In this document: one piece after another, positions 1 to 8,990 of the stretch
Layout: each line of letters begins with the position of its first letter
Numbering within the stretch: position 1 is the first letter of the stretch
Origin: an uncultured Bacteroides sp.
GTDB taxonomy: Bacteria; Bacteroidota; Bacteroidia; Bacteroidales; SM23-62
Reading direction: 5' to 3'
NCBI GenBank assembly: GCA_964527875.1
Contig: CAZGOR010000001.1
Coordinates: 1 to 60,591 of the forward strand
Length of the DNA stretch: 60,591 bases
Position numbers and translations under genes: made by a program
The notes under the pieces: generated by a model
Databases searched by the model: none
What the model was told of the DNA's origin: nothing
What the model saw: the letters and a program-made list of their open reading frames with translations, nothing else

Positions 1-34
1 GGTAAAACCGCAACAAAGAAAAAAAACGACTAAG

Positions 35-119
35 ATAAAAAATATAATTCTTCACACCCTAAACACCACACCCACACACACCAATATACCAATATACCAA
101 TATACCAATTCACATAATT
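35..119. repeat. G-free low-complexity tract containing 3 tandem CCAATATA units
   Basis: No G on the + strand between positions 35 and 119 (checked base by base). CACACCC-type words are followed by ccaatata x3. Confidence 0.8.
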
Positions 120-306
120 GTTAATATTCTTTCATTCGAAATATCAATTTCGTATAATACTGCCACCATCTTATTTGTATTCTCAGCCTCAGCCTTTCTT
201 TAATAAAGTAATTCTTTTCTTCCATTCTTCCACTATTCCATTCTTCCATTCTTCATTTTTTTCATCATAATCAATTATCTTTAACAGGGTAAATTTTACC
301 TTTATC

Positions 307-837
307 ATGAACTACTTTGATGCCATTTTTGCCATTTTTTTTCTGTGGAGTATCTATAAAGGGCTGACAAAAGGATTTATCATCATGGCATCCACACTGG
401 CAGCCCTGCTGCTTGGCATCTGGGGGGCTGTGCACTTTTCCGATATTACATCGGATCTGCTCTACCGCTATCTTAACTTACAGACCCAGTATCTCTCACT
501 GATATCATTTGCACTTACATTCATTTTGATCGTTATTGCCGTACATATAATGGCGAGAGCCATAGATAAACTTCTTAAAGCTGTGGCGCTTGGTTTTTTA
601 AACAGATTGGCAGGTATGCTTTTCGGGATTTTAAAAACAGCACTTATAATCAGTATCATACTCGTTTTGGTTAATAATATTGATAAAAGAGTTCCATTTA
701 TCCCGGAAGAACATAAAGAAGGATCATTGCTCTATGAACCTTTGTCAAAGCTTGCTCCGGCAATTTTCCCATTCCTGAATTTCAACCAGATCAGGGAAAG
801 AATTGAAGACATTGAAGAAAAAGAATATGAGGTATAG
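307..837 (+). CDS. cvpA: CvpA family membrane protein
   Basis: 176-aa ORF with several hydrophobic helices. The N-terminus MNYFDAIFAIFFLWSIYKGLTKGFI is typical of the CvpA family (recognised from memory). Confidence 0.7.
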   Translation: MNYFDAIFAIFFLWSIYKGLTKGFIIMASTLAALLLGIWGAVHFSDITSDLLYRYLNLQTQYLSLISFALTFILIVIAVHIMARAIDKLLKAVALGFLNRLAGMLFGILKTALIISIILVLVNNIDKRVPFIPEEHKEGSLLYEPLSKLAPAIFPFLNFNQIRERIEDIEEKEYEV

Positions 838-945
838 TAAGTTTTATAAAAAATTTTATGAGATTTAAGTACTCATAACTTGCCATTACCCGTTTTTATA
901 TGATAATAGACACATCAAAATCATGAAAATTTTCTCTGAAAAAAG

Positions 946-1072
946 TTCATCACTCACACTCACACCCTCCAACTCTCACTCTCCAACCCTCAACCCTCAA
1001 CCCTCAACCTCCAACTCCCAACACTCGACTCACGACTCACGACTCATGACTCACGATTCACGACTCACGATT
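946..1072. repeat. G-free tract (946-1026) running into a degenerate heptamer array (CGACTCA-like, about 6.7 units, 1026-1072)
   Basis: Read directly: caaccct x3, then cgactca cgactca cgactca tgactca cgattca cgactca cgatt. It ends 28 nt before the tyrS ATG. Confidence 0.85.
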
Positions 1073-1100
1073 TTCTTATTTTTGCCAAAATTAATCTTCT

Positions 1101-2390
1101 ATGAACTTTGTTGAAGAATTAAGATGGAGGGGTATGATACATGATATCATGCCGGGAACTGAAGAACAGCTGGAAAAGGAAATGACCACCGCTTATATCG
1201 GTTTTGACCCGTCAGCTCCTTCATTACATATCGGCAATCTTGTGGGGATCATGATGTTAAAGCATTTTCAATTGAAAGGTCATAAACCGATTGCACTGGT
1301 TGGGGGTGCCACGGGCATGATCGGTGACCCTGCAGGGAAATCGCAGGAAAGGAACCTGCTTGATGAGAATACCCTGGCTGCAAACCAGGAAAGCATTAAA
1401 AAACAACTTGCCCATTTCCTGGACTTTAATCCTGACTTGCCAAATGCTGCTGTTATGGTAAACAATTATGACTGGATGAAAGATTATTCGTTCCTTCAGT
1501 TCATCCGTGATATTGGCAAACACATCACAGTAAATTATATGATGTCAAAGGATTCGGTGAAAAGCAGGCTTGGAAGCGACAGCACTACAGGAATGTCATT
1601 CACAGAGTTCTCTTACCAGCTGGTTCAGGGATATGATTTTCTTTATTTATATCAGACCATCAATTGCAAGCTTCAGATGGGAGGATCAGATCAATGGGGT
1701 AATATTGTAACGGGAACTGAGCTGATACGCAGAAAGACAGGAGGTGAAGTATATGCCTTAACATCCCCGCTGATCACGAAGTCTGACGGTGGTAAATTCG
1801 GAAAGACTGAAGAGGGGAATATCTGGCTTGCTCCTGAAATGACATCCCCTTATAAATTCTATCAATTCTGGTTAAATGTGGCTGATGAGGACGCTGAGGG
1901 TTTCATTAATATCTTTACTCTTTTACCGGTAAATAAGGTAGAAGAATTGATCAGGAAACACAAAGCTTCTCCACATGAAAGAATATTGCAGAAAACACTG
2001 GCAAGAGAAGTTACCACGACCGTTCATTCTGAGGATGATTACCAGGCAGCAGAAAAAGCTTCGCGAATCCTTTTCGGTCAGGCAACAACAGAATCTCTTG
2101 CCGGAATAAGGGAGGATATATTTTTATCTGTTTTTGATGGTGTCCCCCGCTATGAAATCCCGGCCAGTGTATTACCTTCAAAGATTCCGGAATTATTATC
2201 TGCTCATACTGCAATTTTCGCATCGAAAGGTGAATTAAGAAGATTGGTCGGTGGAGGAGGCTTGTTTATCAATAAATCAAAGGTCCTTGAAACTGAAAAA
2301 GAAATTACCCGTAATGACCTGATTAATGATAAATACCTGCTGGTGCAGAAAGGCAGGAAAAACTATTTCCTGATCATTGTAAAAAGTTAA
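1101..2390 (+). CDS. tyrS: tyrosine--tRNA ligase
   Basis: 429 aa. Class I HIGH-type motif ([10 protein letters not shown]), KMSKS-type motif (KFGKT), and a C-terminal S4-like tail ([16 protein letters not shown]). Confidence 0.95.
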   Translation: MNFVEELRWRGMIHDIMPGTEEQLEKEMTTAYIGFDPSAPSLHIGNLVGIMMLKHFQLKGHKPIALVGGATGMIGDPAGKSQERNLLDENTLAANQESIKKQLAHFLDFNPDLPNAAVMVNNYDWMKDYSFLQFIRDIGKHITVNYMMSKDSVKSRLGSDSTTGMSFTEFSYQLVQGYDFLYLYQTINCKLQMGGSDQWGNIVTGTELIRRKTGGEVYALTSPLITKSDGGKFGKTEEGNIWLAPEMTSPYKFYQFWLNVADEDAEGFINIFTLLPVNKVEELIRKHKASPHERILQKTLAREVTTTVHSEDDYQAAEKASRILFGQATTESLAGIREDIFLSVFDGVPRYEIPASVLPSKIPELLSAHTAIFASKGELRRLVGGGGLFINKSKVLETEKEITRNDLINDKYLLVQKGRKNYFLIIVKS

Positions 2391-2406
2391 TAATAAATAA
2401 TTTATC

Positions 2407-3417
2407 ATGGCTGAAAATGATTCACATTACAGGTTTGATTCAATTGACCTGGCGGTTTATATATGGAAAAAGAGAATACCATTACTGATCATCACTTTTG
2501 TAGCGGCAGTCGTTTCAATTATCTCATCCCTGATGATCGTACCGAAGTATAGATCATCGGTTGTTATTTTTCCGAAATCCGAGGCCTCTGCTTCAAAATC
2601 AATGCTTCAGTTAAATTATCAGCTTGATATACAAGCAGTTGGAGAAGAAGAGCAGGTAGAGGAGATCATGCAGGTGTTGAAATCCGATAAGATCAGGGAT
2701 AAGATTATTGACAAATATGACCTGATGAGTTATTATGACATTGATCCCGAAGGCAGGTACCCGTTGTATAAATTGCATTCTTACTATGAATCGAATGTCC
2801 GTGTCAAACGAACAGAATTTAATTCGATCGTTGTTTCTGTTCTCGATGCAGACCCACAGATGGCTGCGGATATGGCAAATGATATTGCCATGCTTGTTGA
2901 TACCACAATATGGGAAATGAAATCGCACCGGGCCAGGCAGGCAAGTACATACCTTGAGCTGGAAATGGATTCCATCAATCAGGAATTAGCAGAATTAAAG
3001 GAATGTATACATAGTTTTAATAAAAAAGGTTTGATTAATTATGACCGCCAGATTGAACGTCTTATAGAAGCATACGGAAAAGCAATAGTTGAGGGGAACA
3101 ACCAGGCTATGAAAACAATTAAAGAAGAAATGTATTACCTGGGAGATTATACAAGTGAATATATGTATTGCGTTGGCAGGTATACCTTTGAGCTGGAAAG
3201 GCTAAGTGATATAAAAACCGTTTATCTGCAGGTAAAAGCAGCATTGGATAGCCATATATCCAATATCTTTATTCTTGACAAAGCTTATAAAGCTGATAAA
3301 AAAGCATATCCCAATAAATCACTTATCGTGATTGTTTCCACTTTATCAGCATTTGTTTTAGCCTTGCTCTGTTTCCTGTTTTTTGAGAAATTCTTGAAGC
3401 GTATCAGGTCAGCATGA
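2407..3417 (+). CDS. Wzz-like polysaccharide chain-length determinant family protein
   Basis: 336 aa. N-terminal TM helix after an IDLAVYIWKKR motif, a long coiled-coil middle, and a C-terminal TM helix. The stop overlaps the next gene's start (ATGA at 3414-3417). Confidence 0.6.
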   Translation: MAENDSHYRFDSIDLAVYIWKKRIPLLIITFVAAVVSIISSLMIVPKYRSSVVIFPKSEASASKSMLQLNYQLDIQAVGEEEQVEEIMQVLKSDKIRDKIIDKYDLMSYYDIDPEGRYPLYKLHSYYESNVRVKRTEFNSIVVSVLDADPQMAADMANDIAMLVDTTIWEMKSHRARQASTYLELEMDSINQELAELKECIHSFNKKGLINYDRQIERLIEAYGKAIVEGNNQAMKTIKEEMYYLGDYTSEYMYCVGRYTFELERLSDIKTVYLQVKAALDSHISNIFILDKAYKADKKAYPNKSLIVIVSTLSAFVLALLCFLFFEKFLKRIRSA

Positions 3418-4904
3418 TCACCAATTTTACATATAGAAAAGAAACCTGGCTGGTGATGCTGGTTTCTTTCCTGTTCATTTTTCTGAATACAATTCTGATT
3501 TCAAAGGAGTTTTATTATTTTAATATCGTTCCATGGCTTTTACTGATTGTCCTGCTTGCTTTCTATTCCGTTGATCGTATCCTGCTTTTAGTCGTTTTTT
3601 TTACACCCTTGTCGATTGAGTTATCCTACTTTATGCAAGGCCTTGATTTTGATCTTCATTTACCCACTGAGCCATTGATGCTTGGTATAACAATTCTTGT
3701 CATTTTGAAGTACTTCAAAGGAGAAGGTTTTGACCGCAGGATCCTTTATCATCCTGTCAGTATCGCGATATATTTCAACCTGATATGGGTCTTAATCACA
3801 TCCATAACCAGCAGTATGTTCCTGGTTTCATTAAAGTTTCTACTTGCAAGGATATGGTTTCTGGTGACTTTTTATTTCCTTGCTGCTGAGCTTTTTAAGG
3901 ATTATAAGAATACCCGGAAATATATCTGGGTATATGTCATCCCGATGCTTTTTATAGTTTTTTATGTTTGGGTAAGGTTATCATCCTATGGATTTTTTAA
4001 TCAGCGCGCAGCCCATATGGTAGTCAAACCGTTTTTTACCGACCATACTTCATATGGTGCTACCCTTGCTTTTCTGATCCCGGTTATTACAGGTTTTCTT
4101 TTTAATGATCCGAAAATTAAAGGTTTACGCAGATTGTTGGTTTTTCTCATTCTTGTTTTATTTGTTCTTGGCATCATCTTATCCTATTCAAGAGCAGCAT
4201 GGATAAGCCTGATAGGAGCAATATTCATTTTTATTCTGATCAGGCTGAAAATCAGGTTTTCATTTCCAGCAATAGTGGGGGTAATATTAGCATTATTGAT
4301 CTATTCCTACAGGACAGAAATTATTATACAACTTGAACAAAACAGGCAGGAATCTTCCAAGGATCTTGCTGAACACGTGAAATCCATTTCAAATGTAGCA
4401 ACAGATGCTTCCAATATGGAAAGATTGAACAGGTGGAGTTGTGCTTGGAGAATGTTTAAAGAGAAACCCTTTTTTGGTTGGGGACCGGGTACATACCAGT
4501 TTCAGTATGGACCATTTCAGATCTCACGGGAAAAGACGATCATCAGCACCACTTTCGGTGATGTTGGTAATGCTCACAGTGAATATATAGGACCGCTCGC
4601 GGAGTCGGGATTGTTTGGAACCCTCACTTTTCTCTGGATTGTGATTGCAGCCATATCCACGGGGTTAAGGACATACCGAAGATCAAAGTCGGGATATGTC
4701 AAAATACTGACTTTATCGGTGTTATTAGGGCTTACAACTTATTTTATTCATGGGATGCTTAATAATTTCCTGGATACGGATAAAGCTTCCGCGTTATTTT
4801 GGGGCTTTATAGCGATACTGGTAGCTGTGGATTTATATCATCAGAAAAAGGAAATTGCTGACGATGGCAAAGAAGAAAAACTGCAAAGCATATCTTCTGA
4901 GTGA
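3414..4904 (+). CDS. O-antigen ligase (Wzy_C)-like polytopic membrane protein
   Basis: 496 aa with more than 10 hydrophobic helices. Periplasmic loop region with SYSRAAWISL and NAHSEYIGPLAESG motifs typical of O-antigen ligase/polymerase-like proteins. Confidence 0.65.
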   Translation: MITNFTYRKETWLVMLVSFLFIFLNTILISKEFYYFNIVPWLLLIVLLAFYSVDRILLLVVFFTPLSIELSYFMQGLDFDLHLPTEPLMLGITILVILKYFKGEGFDRRILYHPVSIAIYFNLIWVLITSITSSMFLVSLKFLLARIWFLVTFYFLAAELFKDYKNTRKYIWVYVIPMLFIVFYVWVRLSSYGFFNQRAAHMVVKPFFTDHTSYGATLAFLIPVITGFLFNDPKIKGLRRLLVFLILVLFVLGIILSYSRAAWISLIGAIFIFILIRLKIRFSFPAIVGVILALLIYSYRTEIIIQLEQNRQESSKDLAEHVKSISNVATDASNMERLNRWSCAWRMFKEKPFFGWGPGTYQFQYGPFQISREKTIISTTFGDVGNAHSEYIGPLAESGLFGTLTFLWIVIAAISTGLRTYRRSKSGYVKILTLSVLLGLTTYFIHGMLNNFLDTDKASALFWGFIAILVAVDLYHQKKEIADDGKEEKLQSISSE

Positions 4905-5080
4905 TCAGATCAAAGAAGGTTATAATAGACAGGAAGATCCTTCCTCATCTTCGCTCGTCAGGATGACATTTAATAAATTAGAACAATTAACAATCAATAA
5001 GAGGGACAAAAACTTTTTTATAACACTCACACCCTGAATCACAAACTCCCTTAGACTTAGCCTCAGCTTTCTTCAAGAGA

Positions 5081-6316
5081 TTAATTAGGGGTAAATTCAA
5101 TTCCAAGGATAGAAATATCATCAAAGATCGCGGTGCTTCCTGTCAGTATTTTTTGTGCAACAATGATTTCCTGTATGTTTTCTTCAATTTTCCTGATATT
5201 ACTAAGGTGTTTCTCCAGGCGGGCAGTACCCAGTTCCACACCGCTTTCATCAATAAGCTCAACAAGTCCATCGGTATAACAAAGCATTTTTGTGGGTTCA
5301 TCAAGGATGAATTCCCCTTTTTGGATAAAGGGGATTTCATCAAGCATACCCATTCCAACACAACCGCTGTGAAGAAGGTTGAGCTTTTTCTTTTTCTTCT
5401 CAAAGAGCAATGGAGGATTGTGTCCGGCATTTATATATTCCAGTTTCTTTTGCGGGATATTGTACTTTGCTATAAAAAGTGTGATGAATTTTTCCCCATT
5501 GGCACTTCGCATAACACGTTCATTCAGTTCAGTCACAAGCTTTTCAAGAGATATATTCTGGTTAAACAGGGCCCTCAGGTTTGCCTGAAAATTAGACATC
5601 AGGATAGCAGCGGATATTCCTTTGCCTGATACATCGGCAATGCAGAATCCAAACTCATTCTTATTCAGTTTGATACAATCGTAGTAGTCTCCGCCAACAT
5701 CGTAATGAGGATGATAAAATGCCGTGACCTGGATGAATTCATTCCTTGGCAGGCTGTGCTTGTCGGGGATCAATAAATTTTGCATTTTCGATGCCAGTTC
5801 AAGTTCTTTTTTGATGGCTTCCTGCCGGAGACTTTCATTGAACAGGCGTATATTCTCAATGGCTACGATGATAATGTTTGATATTGTCTGGATAAAATGT
5901 AAATGTTTAATAACCGGGCTAACACCTTCACCTTCTTCTTCAATATCACCTATCAGTACAAATGCGATAGGGGCATCCTGGGTAATGACAGGGATGATAA
6001 TATCCAGTCCTTTCAGTTTTGTATTAATAGATGATGTAACAAAAGTTATTTCTTTAAAATGAATCAGATCTCTTTCAATATCGATATCTGCTATGTCATC
6101 ATTTTTGATACCTGATGTGAGAATTTTTTCCCAGGCTCCATTCAATTTATATATAACTATCTTACCGATATTCAGTTCATCCTGTAAAATGCTCCTGTAT
6201 TTGTCAAGCAATTCCTCAATGGATAAATTGGCGTTAATAGCCTGGGTGATTTCCAGAAGAGCATTTAATTTGAATGAATAAAGCTTCAGCCTTTGTAAGG
6301 ATGATTTCTTTGCCAT
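5081..6316 (-). CDS. GAF domain-containing PP2C/SpoIIE-family serine phosphatase
   Basis: 411 aa. The C-terminal half has SpoIIE/PP2C-type motifs (GGDYYD, IADVSGKGISAA, NAGHNPP, YTDGLVE). The N-terminal half looks GAF-like. Confidence 0.8.
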   Translation of the reverse strand: MAKKSSLQRLKLYSFKLNALLEITQAINANLSIEELLDKYRSILQDELNIGKIVIYKLNGAWEKILTSGIKNDDIADIDIERDLIHFKEITFVTSSINTKLKGLDIIIPVITQDAPIAFVLIGDIEEEGEGVSPVIKHLHFIQTISNIIIVAIENIRLFNESLRQEAIKKELELASKMQNLLIPDKHSLPRNEFIQVTAFYHPHYDVGGDYYDCIKLNKNEFGFCIADVSGKGISAAILMSNFQANLRALFNQNISLEKLVTELNERVMRSANGEKFITLFIAKYNIPQKKLEYINAGHNPPLLFEKKKKKLNLLHSGCVGMGMLDEIPFIQKGEFILDEPTKMLCYTDGLVELIDESGVELGTARLEKHLSNIRKIEENIQEIIVAQKILTGSTAIFDDISILGIEFTPN

Positions 6317-6376
6317 TTCTAAAAGGTGTATTCAGCCCACATAAAAATAAAGATTTTTCAACAAATAATTGTTTTT

Positions 6377-6946
6377 CTATTCCTTTACTCTTTCAACATA
6401 TTCTCCGGTCCGGGTATCGATTTTGATTTTTTCACTCGTATCAATGAATATGGGGACATTTACCTCGGTGCCTGTTTCCAGTGTTGCAGGTTTCAGGGCA
6501 GTTGAAGAGGTAGTGTCTCCTTTTACACCAGGTTCGGTATATGTAACTTCTAATATAACAAACGGTGGGAGTTCGCAGGAAATAGGTGTTTCGGCATCGG
6601 CGTGGACAATGATTTCAACTTCCTGGCCTTCTTTCAAAAATTGATGGTTTTCAACCATTTTTTCATCGAGCACTATTTGTTCGAATGTTTCAAGATGCAT
6701 GAAATGGTAACCTGTATCATCGGAATACAAATACTGGTATGGTCTTCTTTCAACTCTGACTGTATTGATCCTGACACCGGCAGTAAAGGTGTTATCGATT
6801 ACTTTACCTGTGGTCAGGCTTTTGAGTTTGGTTCTGACAAATGCAGGGCCCTTACCTGGTTTTACATGCTGGAATTGTACAACGGTGTAAAGATCATTAT
6901 TATACTCGATACAAAGTCCATTCCTGAAATTTGCAGTAGTTGCCAT
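6377..6946 (-). CDS. efp: elongation factor P
   Basis: 189 aa. The sequence [42 protein letters not shown] contains the conserved KPGKG loop. Confidence 0.95.
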   Translation of the reverse strand: MATTANFRNGLCIEYNNDLYTVVQFQHVKPGKGPAFVRTKLKSLTTGKVIDNTFTAGVRINTVRVERRPYQYLYSDDTGYHFMHLETFEQIVLDEKMVENHQFLKEGQEVEIIVHADAETPISCELPPFVILEVTYTEPGVKGDTTSSTALKPATLETGTEVNVPIFIDTSEKIKIDTRTGEYVERVKE

Positions 6947-6999
6947 TAGTCTGAAATTAAATTTGGCCCAAAAATAACAAATATATTTTCATGTAGAGC

Positions 7000-7116
7000 G
7001 TTGTATGATTGAAAGAACTTATTGATTGGATCATAGATTTTTTTGTAGAGCCCGAGTACTCGGGACGCGGCTCTACAAATTCCTAATTATCAATATCGTT
7101 GATTCAATCGCACAAC
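7000..7116 (+). repeat. MITE-like element, copy A (about 117 bp) with terminal inverted repeats and an internal hairpin
   Basis: Left end gttgtatgattgaa, right end ttcaatcgcacaac (12/14 complementary). Core ttggatcatag. Internal palindrome cccgagtactcggg nested in gtagagcc/ggctctac. Confidence 0.8.
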
Positions 7117-7140
7117 ACTTTTTCTTGCATTTAAGGAGTA

Positions 7141-7944
7141 CTAATATTTAAGCCCATTATGCCCAATAAGATCACACTTGATGGAACCTATAAAAAGATC
7201 AAACTTTACACGGATAGGAATATGATTTGGATCATCCGAGAGCCAGAGGATCATATCATCTTTTGGTGTGGGGGAGATATTTTCAGTATTTTCATTTTTT
7301 TTATTTTCAGCAATTACAGGAATGAATTTCAGACAATTGAATTCTCCCATTTTTGTTCTGATATGTTCCGTCCCTAAAAAATGTAATTTAAAGGTTATCA
7401 GTTCATCATCAAACAGCATATCAATTTTTACAATATCTTTTATTTTCAGTGACTTAAAATCATAATTTCTCATAAAATAGAAAGCCGACATTATATCACG
7501 AATATCAGAAGGTGTCGAAATTTCTCCTTTATTTCCACACTAAATAATATTTTCATCATGGTTGTATGAGTCGATATTTTGTTTCCGGTATCTGCCTTCT
7601 TTAATATCGCGTATCGACATCAGAGGCAAGATAGTCAGAGTGTCAAAATAACTTTCATAAGTATCTTTAACTTTATAAATTTTATCGGCGATGCCGGTAG
7701 ATCTGCCAACTACTTTTGAGTGGTATACTTCTTTCCTGTCATAGTAAGTTTTAACCAGACTGACGTCAGCAATACCGGCATTAATAGGTCCAAAATAGAT
7801 ACTGTATTTAAGTTCTTCACCTGGTTTGAAACTGTTCTGCCCGGTAATATGCTCGCTTAAAATAAGAAAAATAGTAATAAAGGTAAAAACCTTAATCAGC
7901 GACTTAGAGAATGATATATTGTATTTATCTACCATTTTTATCAA
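7141..7944 (-). pseudogene. DUF3108-family protein gene interrupted by one in-frame TAG (complement of 7540-7542)
   Basis: ORFs 7540-7944 and 7141-7491 are in the same frame (7944-7491=453). The interval reads ...NHDENII*CGNKGEISTPSDIRDIMSAFYFMRNYDF with no other stop. The N-terminal part has a signal peptide, and the whole matches a single-domain DUF3108 layout. Confidence 0.65.
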
Positions 7945-8020
7945 TCAATAAACAAAAACTTTACCACAAGTATCAAAAAGGATAGCATACAATAATACAA
8001 AAGAGTTTTTTGGTTAACGC

Positions 8021-8133
8021 ATTGTGCGATTAAAAAAACTAAGTGATTGGATCATAGAATTTTTTGCAGAGCCACGCCAAGGCACGGTTCTAAAAATTTC
8101 TGGTTATCAATATTGTTGATTTAATCGCACAAT
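8021..8133 (+). repeat. MITE-like element, copy B (113 bp) with perfect 14-bp terminal inverted repeats
   Basis: attgtgcgattaaa (8021-8034) is the exact reverse complement of tttaatcgcacaat (8120-8133). It has the same ttggatcatag core as copy A and a different but still self-complementary internal hairpin. Confidence 0.85.
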
Positions 8134-8248
8134 ACTTTATTTGGCTGATCAAGGAGTTCCTTTATGATATCCTTGATGTACTTGTTTTAAGGATATAAAT
8201 ACAAATAAATAAACTTAAACAATAAGAAAAAATTTTACACGTGTATCT

Positions 8249-8953
8249 TTATAGCGGAAAATTTTTTTTGGGAATAGTTGCAATGAAATCTTTAAGATAG
8301 TAAGGTTCAAAATAAGCAATGTCCTCAAATATCTGTTCCTGATAAGCTTTTTCAGAAACATCGATCATTGATTTTGCAGAAGGTTCGATACCGTCAAGGA
8401 ATCTGGCATTAGGATGATTGATCACATCCCTGCATTTTCCTGCCCCATCCCCGAAGAACCAGATTTGGTATTCAGATAAGATATCAGCAAAACTTCCGGG
8501 ATGGATGATTTCTGCTGATATATCTCTGAAAGGACTGACATCAGGTTTGTAGATGGCCGTGTATACTTCCATTCTCCTGGCATCGATCATGGGGCAAAGC
8601 AGTATATTGCCGGAATGTTCCGGGGGGATCAGTTTATTGGCCACGCCTGATGTCATTGCCAGAAGGGTATCGATACCCAGCAGCTGGCAACCGGTACCAT
8701 AAGTAATCCCTTTAGCAATAGAAACACCAATTCTAAGGCCGGTATAGGATCCCGGTCCTCTGCTTATGGCCACTGCATCAAGTTCAGAAATATCATATTG
8801 ACCTGAAGACAATACATCTTCTATAAAAAGTGTAAGAAGAGTAGCGTGGGATTTTTCATCCCGACTTTCTTTCAAGCTTAATAGTTCACCATTCCTGGCA
8901 AGTGATACGGAACATACTTTGGTTGAAGTTTCAATATTCAGTATCAATGCCAT
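8249..8953 (-). CDS. tsaB: tRNA threonylcarbamoyladenosine (t6A) biosynthesis protein TsaB
   Basis: 234 aa. The N-terminus MALILNIETSTKVCSVSLARNGELL and the GPGSYTGLRIG motif are typical of TsaB/YeaZ. Confidence 0.85.
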   Translation of the reverse strand: MALILNIETSTKVCSVSLARNGELLSLKESRDEKSHATLLTLFIEDVLSSGQYDISELDAVAISRGPGSYTGLRIGVSIAKGITYGTGCQLLGIDTLLAMTSGVANKLIPPEHSGNILLCPMIDARRMEVYTAIYKPDVSPFRDISAEIIHPGSFADILSEYQIWFFGDGAGKCRDVINHPNARFLDGIEPSAKSMIDVSEKAYQEQIFEDIAYFEPYYLKDFIATIPKKNFPL

Positions 8954-8990
8954 GAGTTATTTTCAATTTAACAGGGTTGGATTGGCTTAA

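Noticed and set aside
923-1114. 63-aa ORF (MKIFSEKSSSLTLTPSNSHSPTLNPQPSTSNSQHSTHDSRL...)
   Set aside because: Its entire length is a translation of the G-free and heptamer low-complexity tract, it overlaps the tyrS start, and its composition is an artefact of the repeat DNA.
7540-7542. Alternative genetic code (stop-codon reassignment) as an explanation for the in-frame TAG (7540) and TAA (34141)
   Set aside because: TAG, TAA and TGA all terminate well-supported genes in this window at the expected protein lengths: cvpA ends in TAG, tyrS in TAA and the Wzz-like gene in TGA. Global reassignment is therefore not supported.
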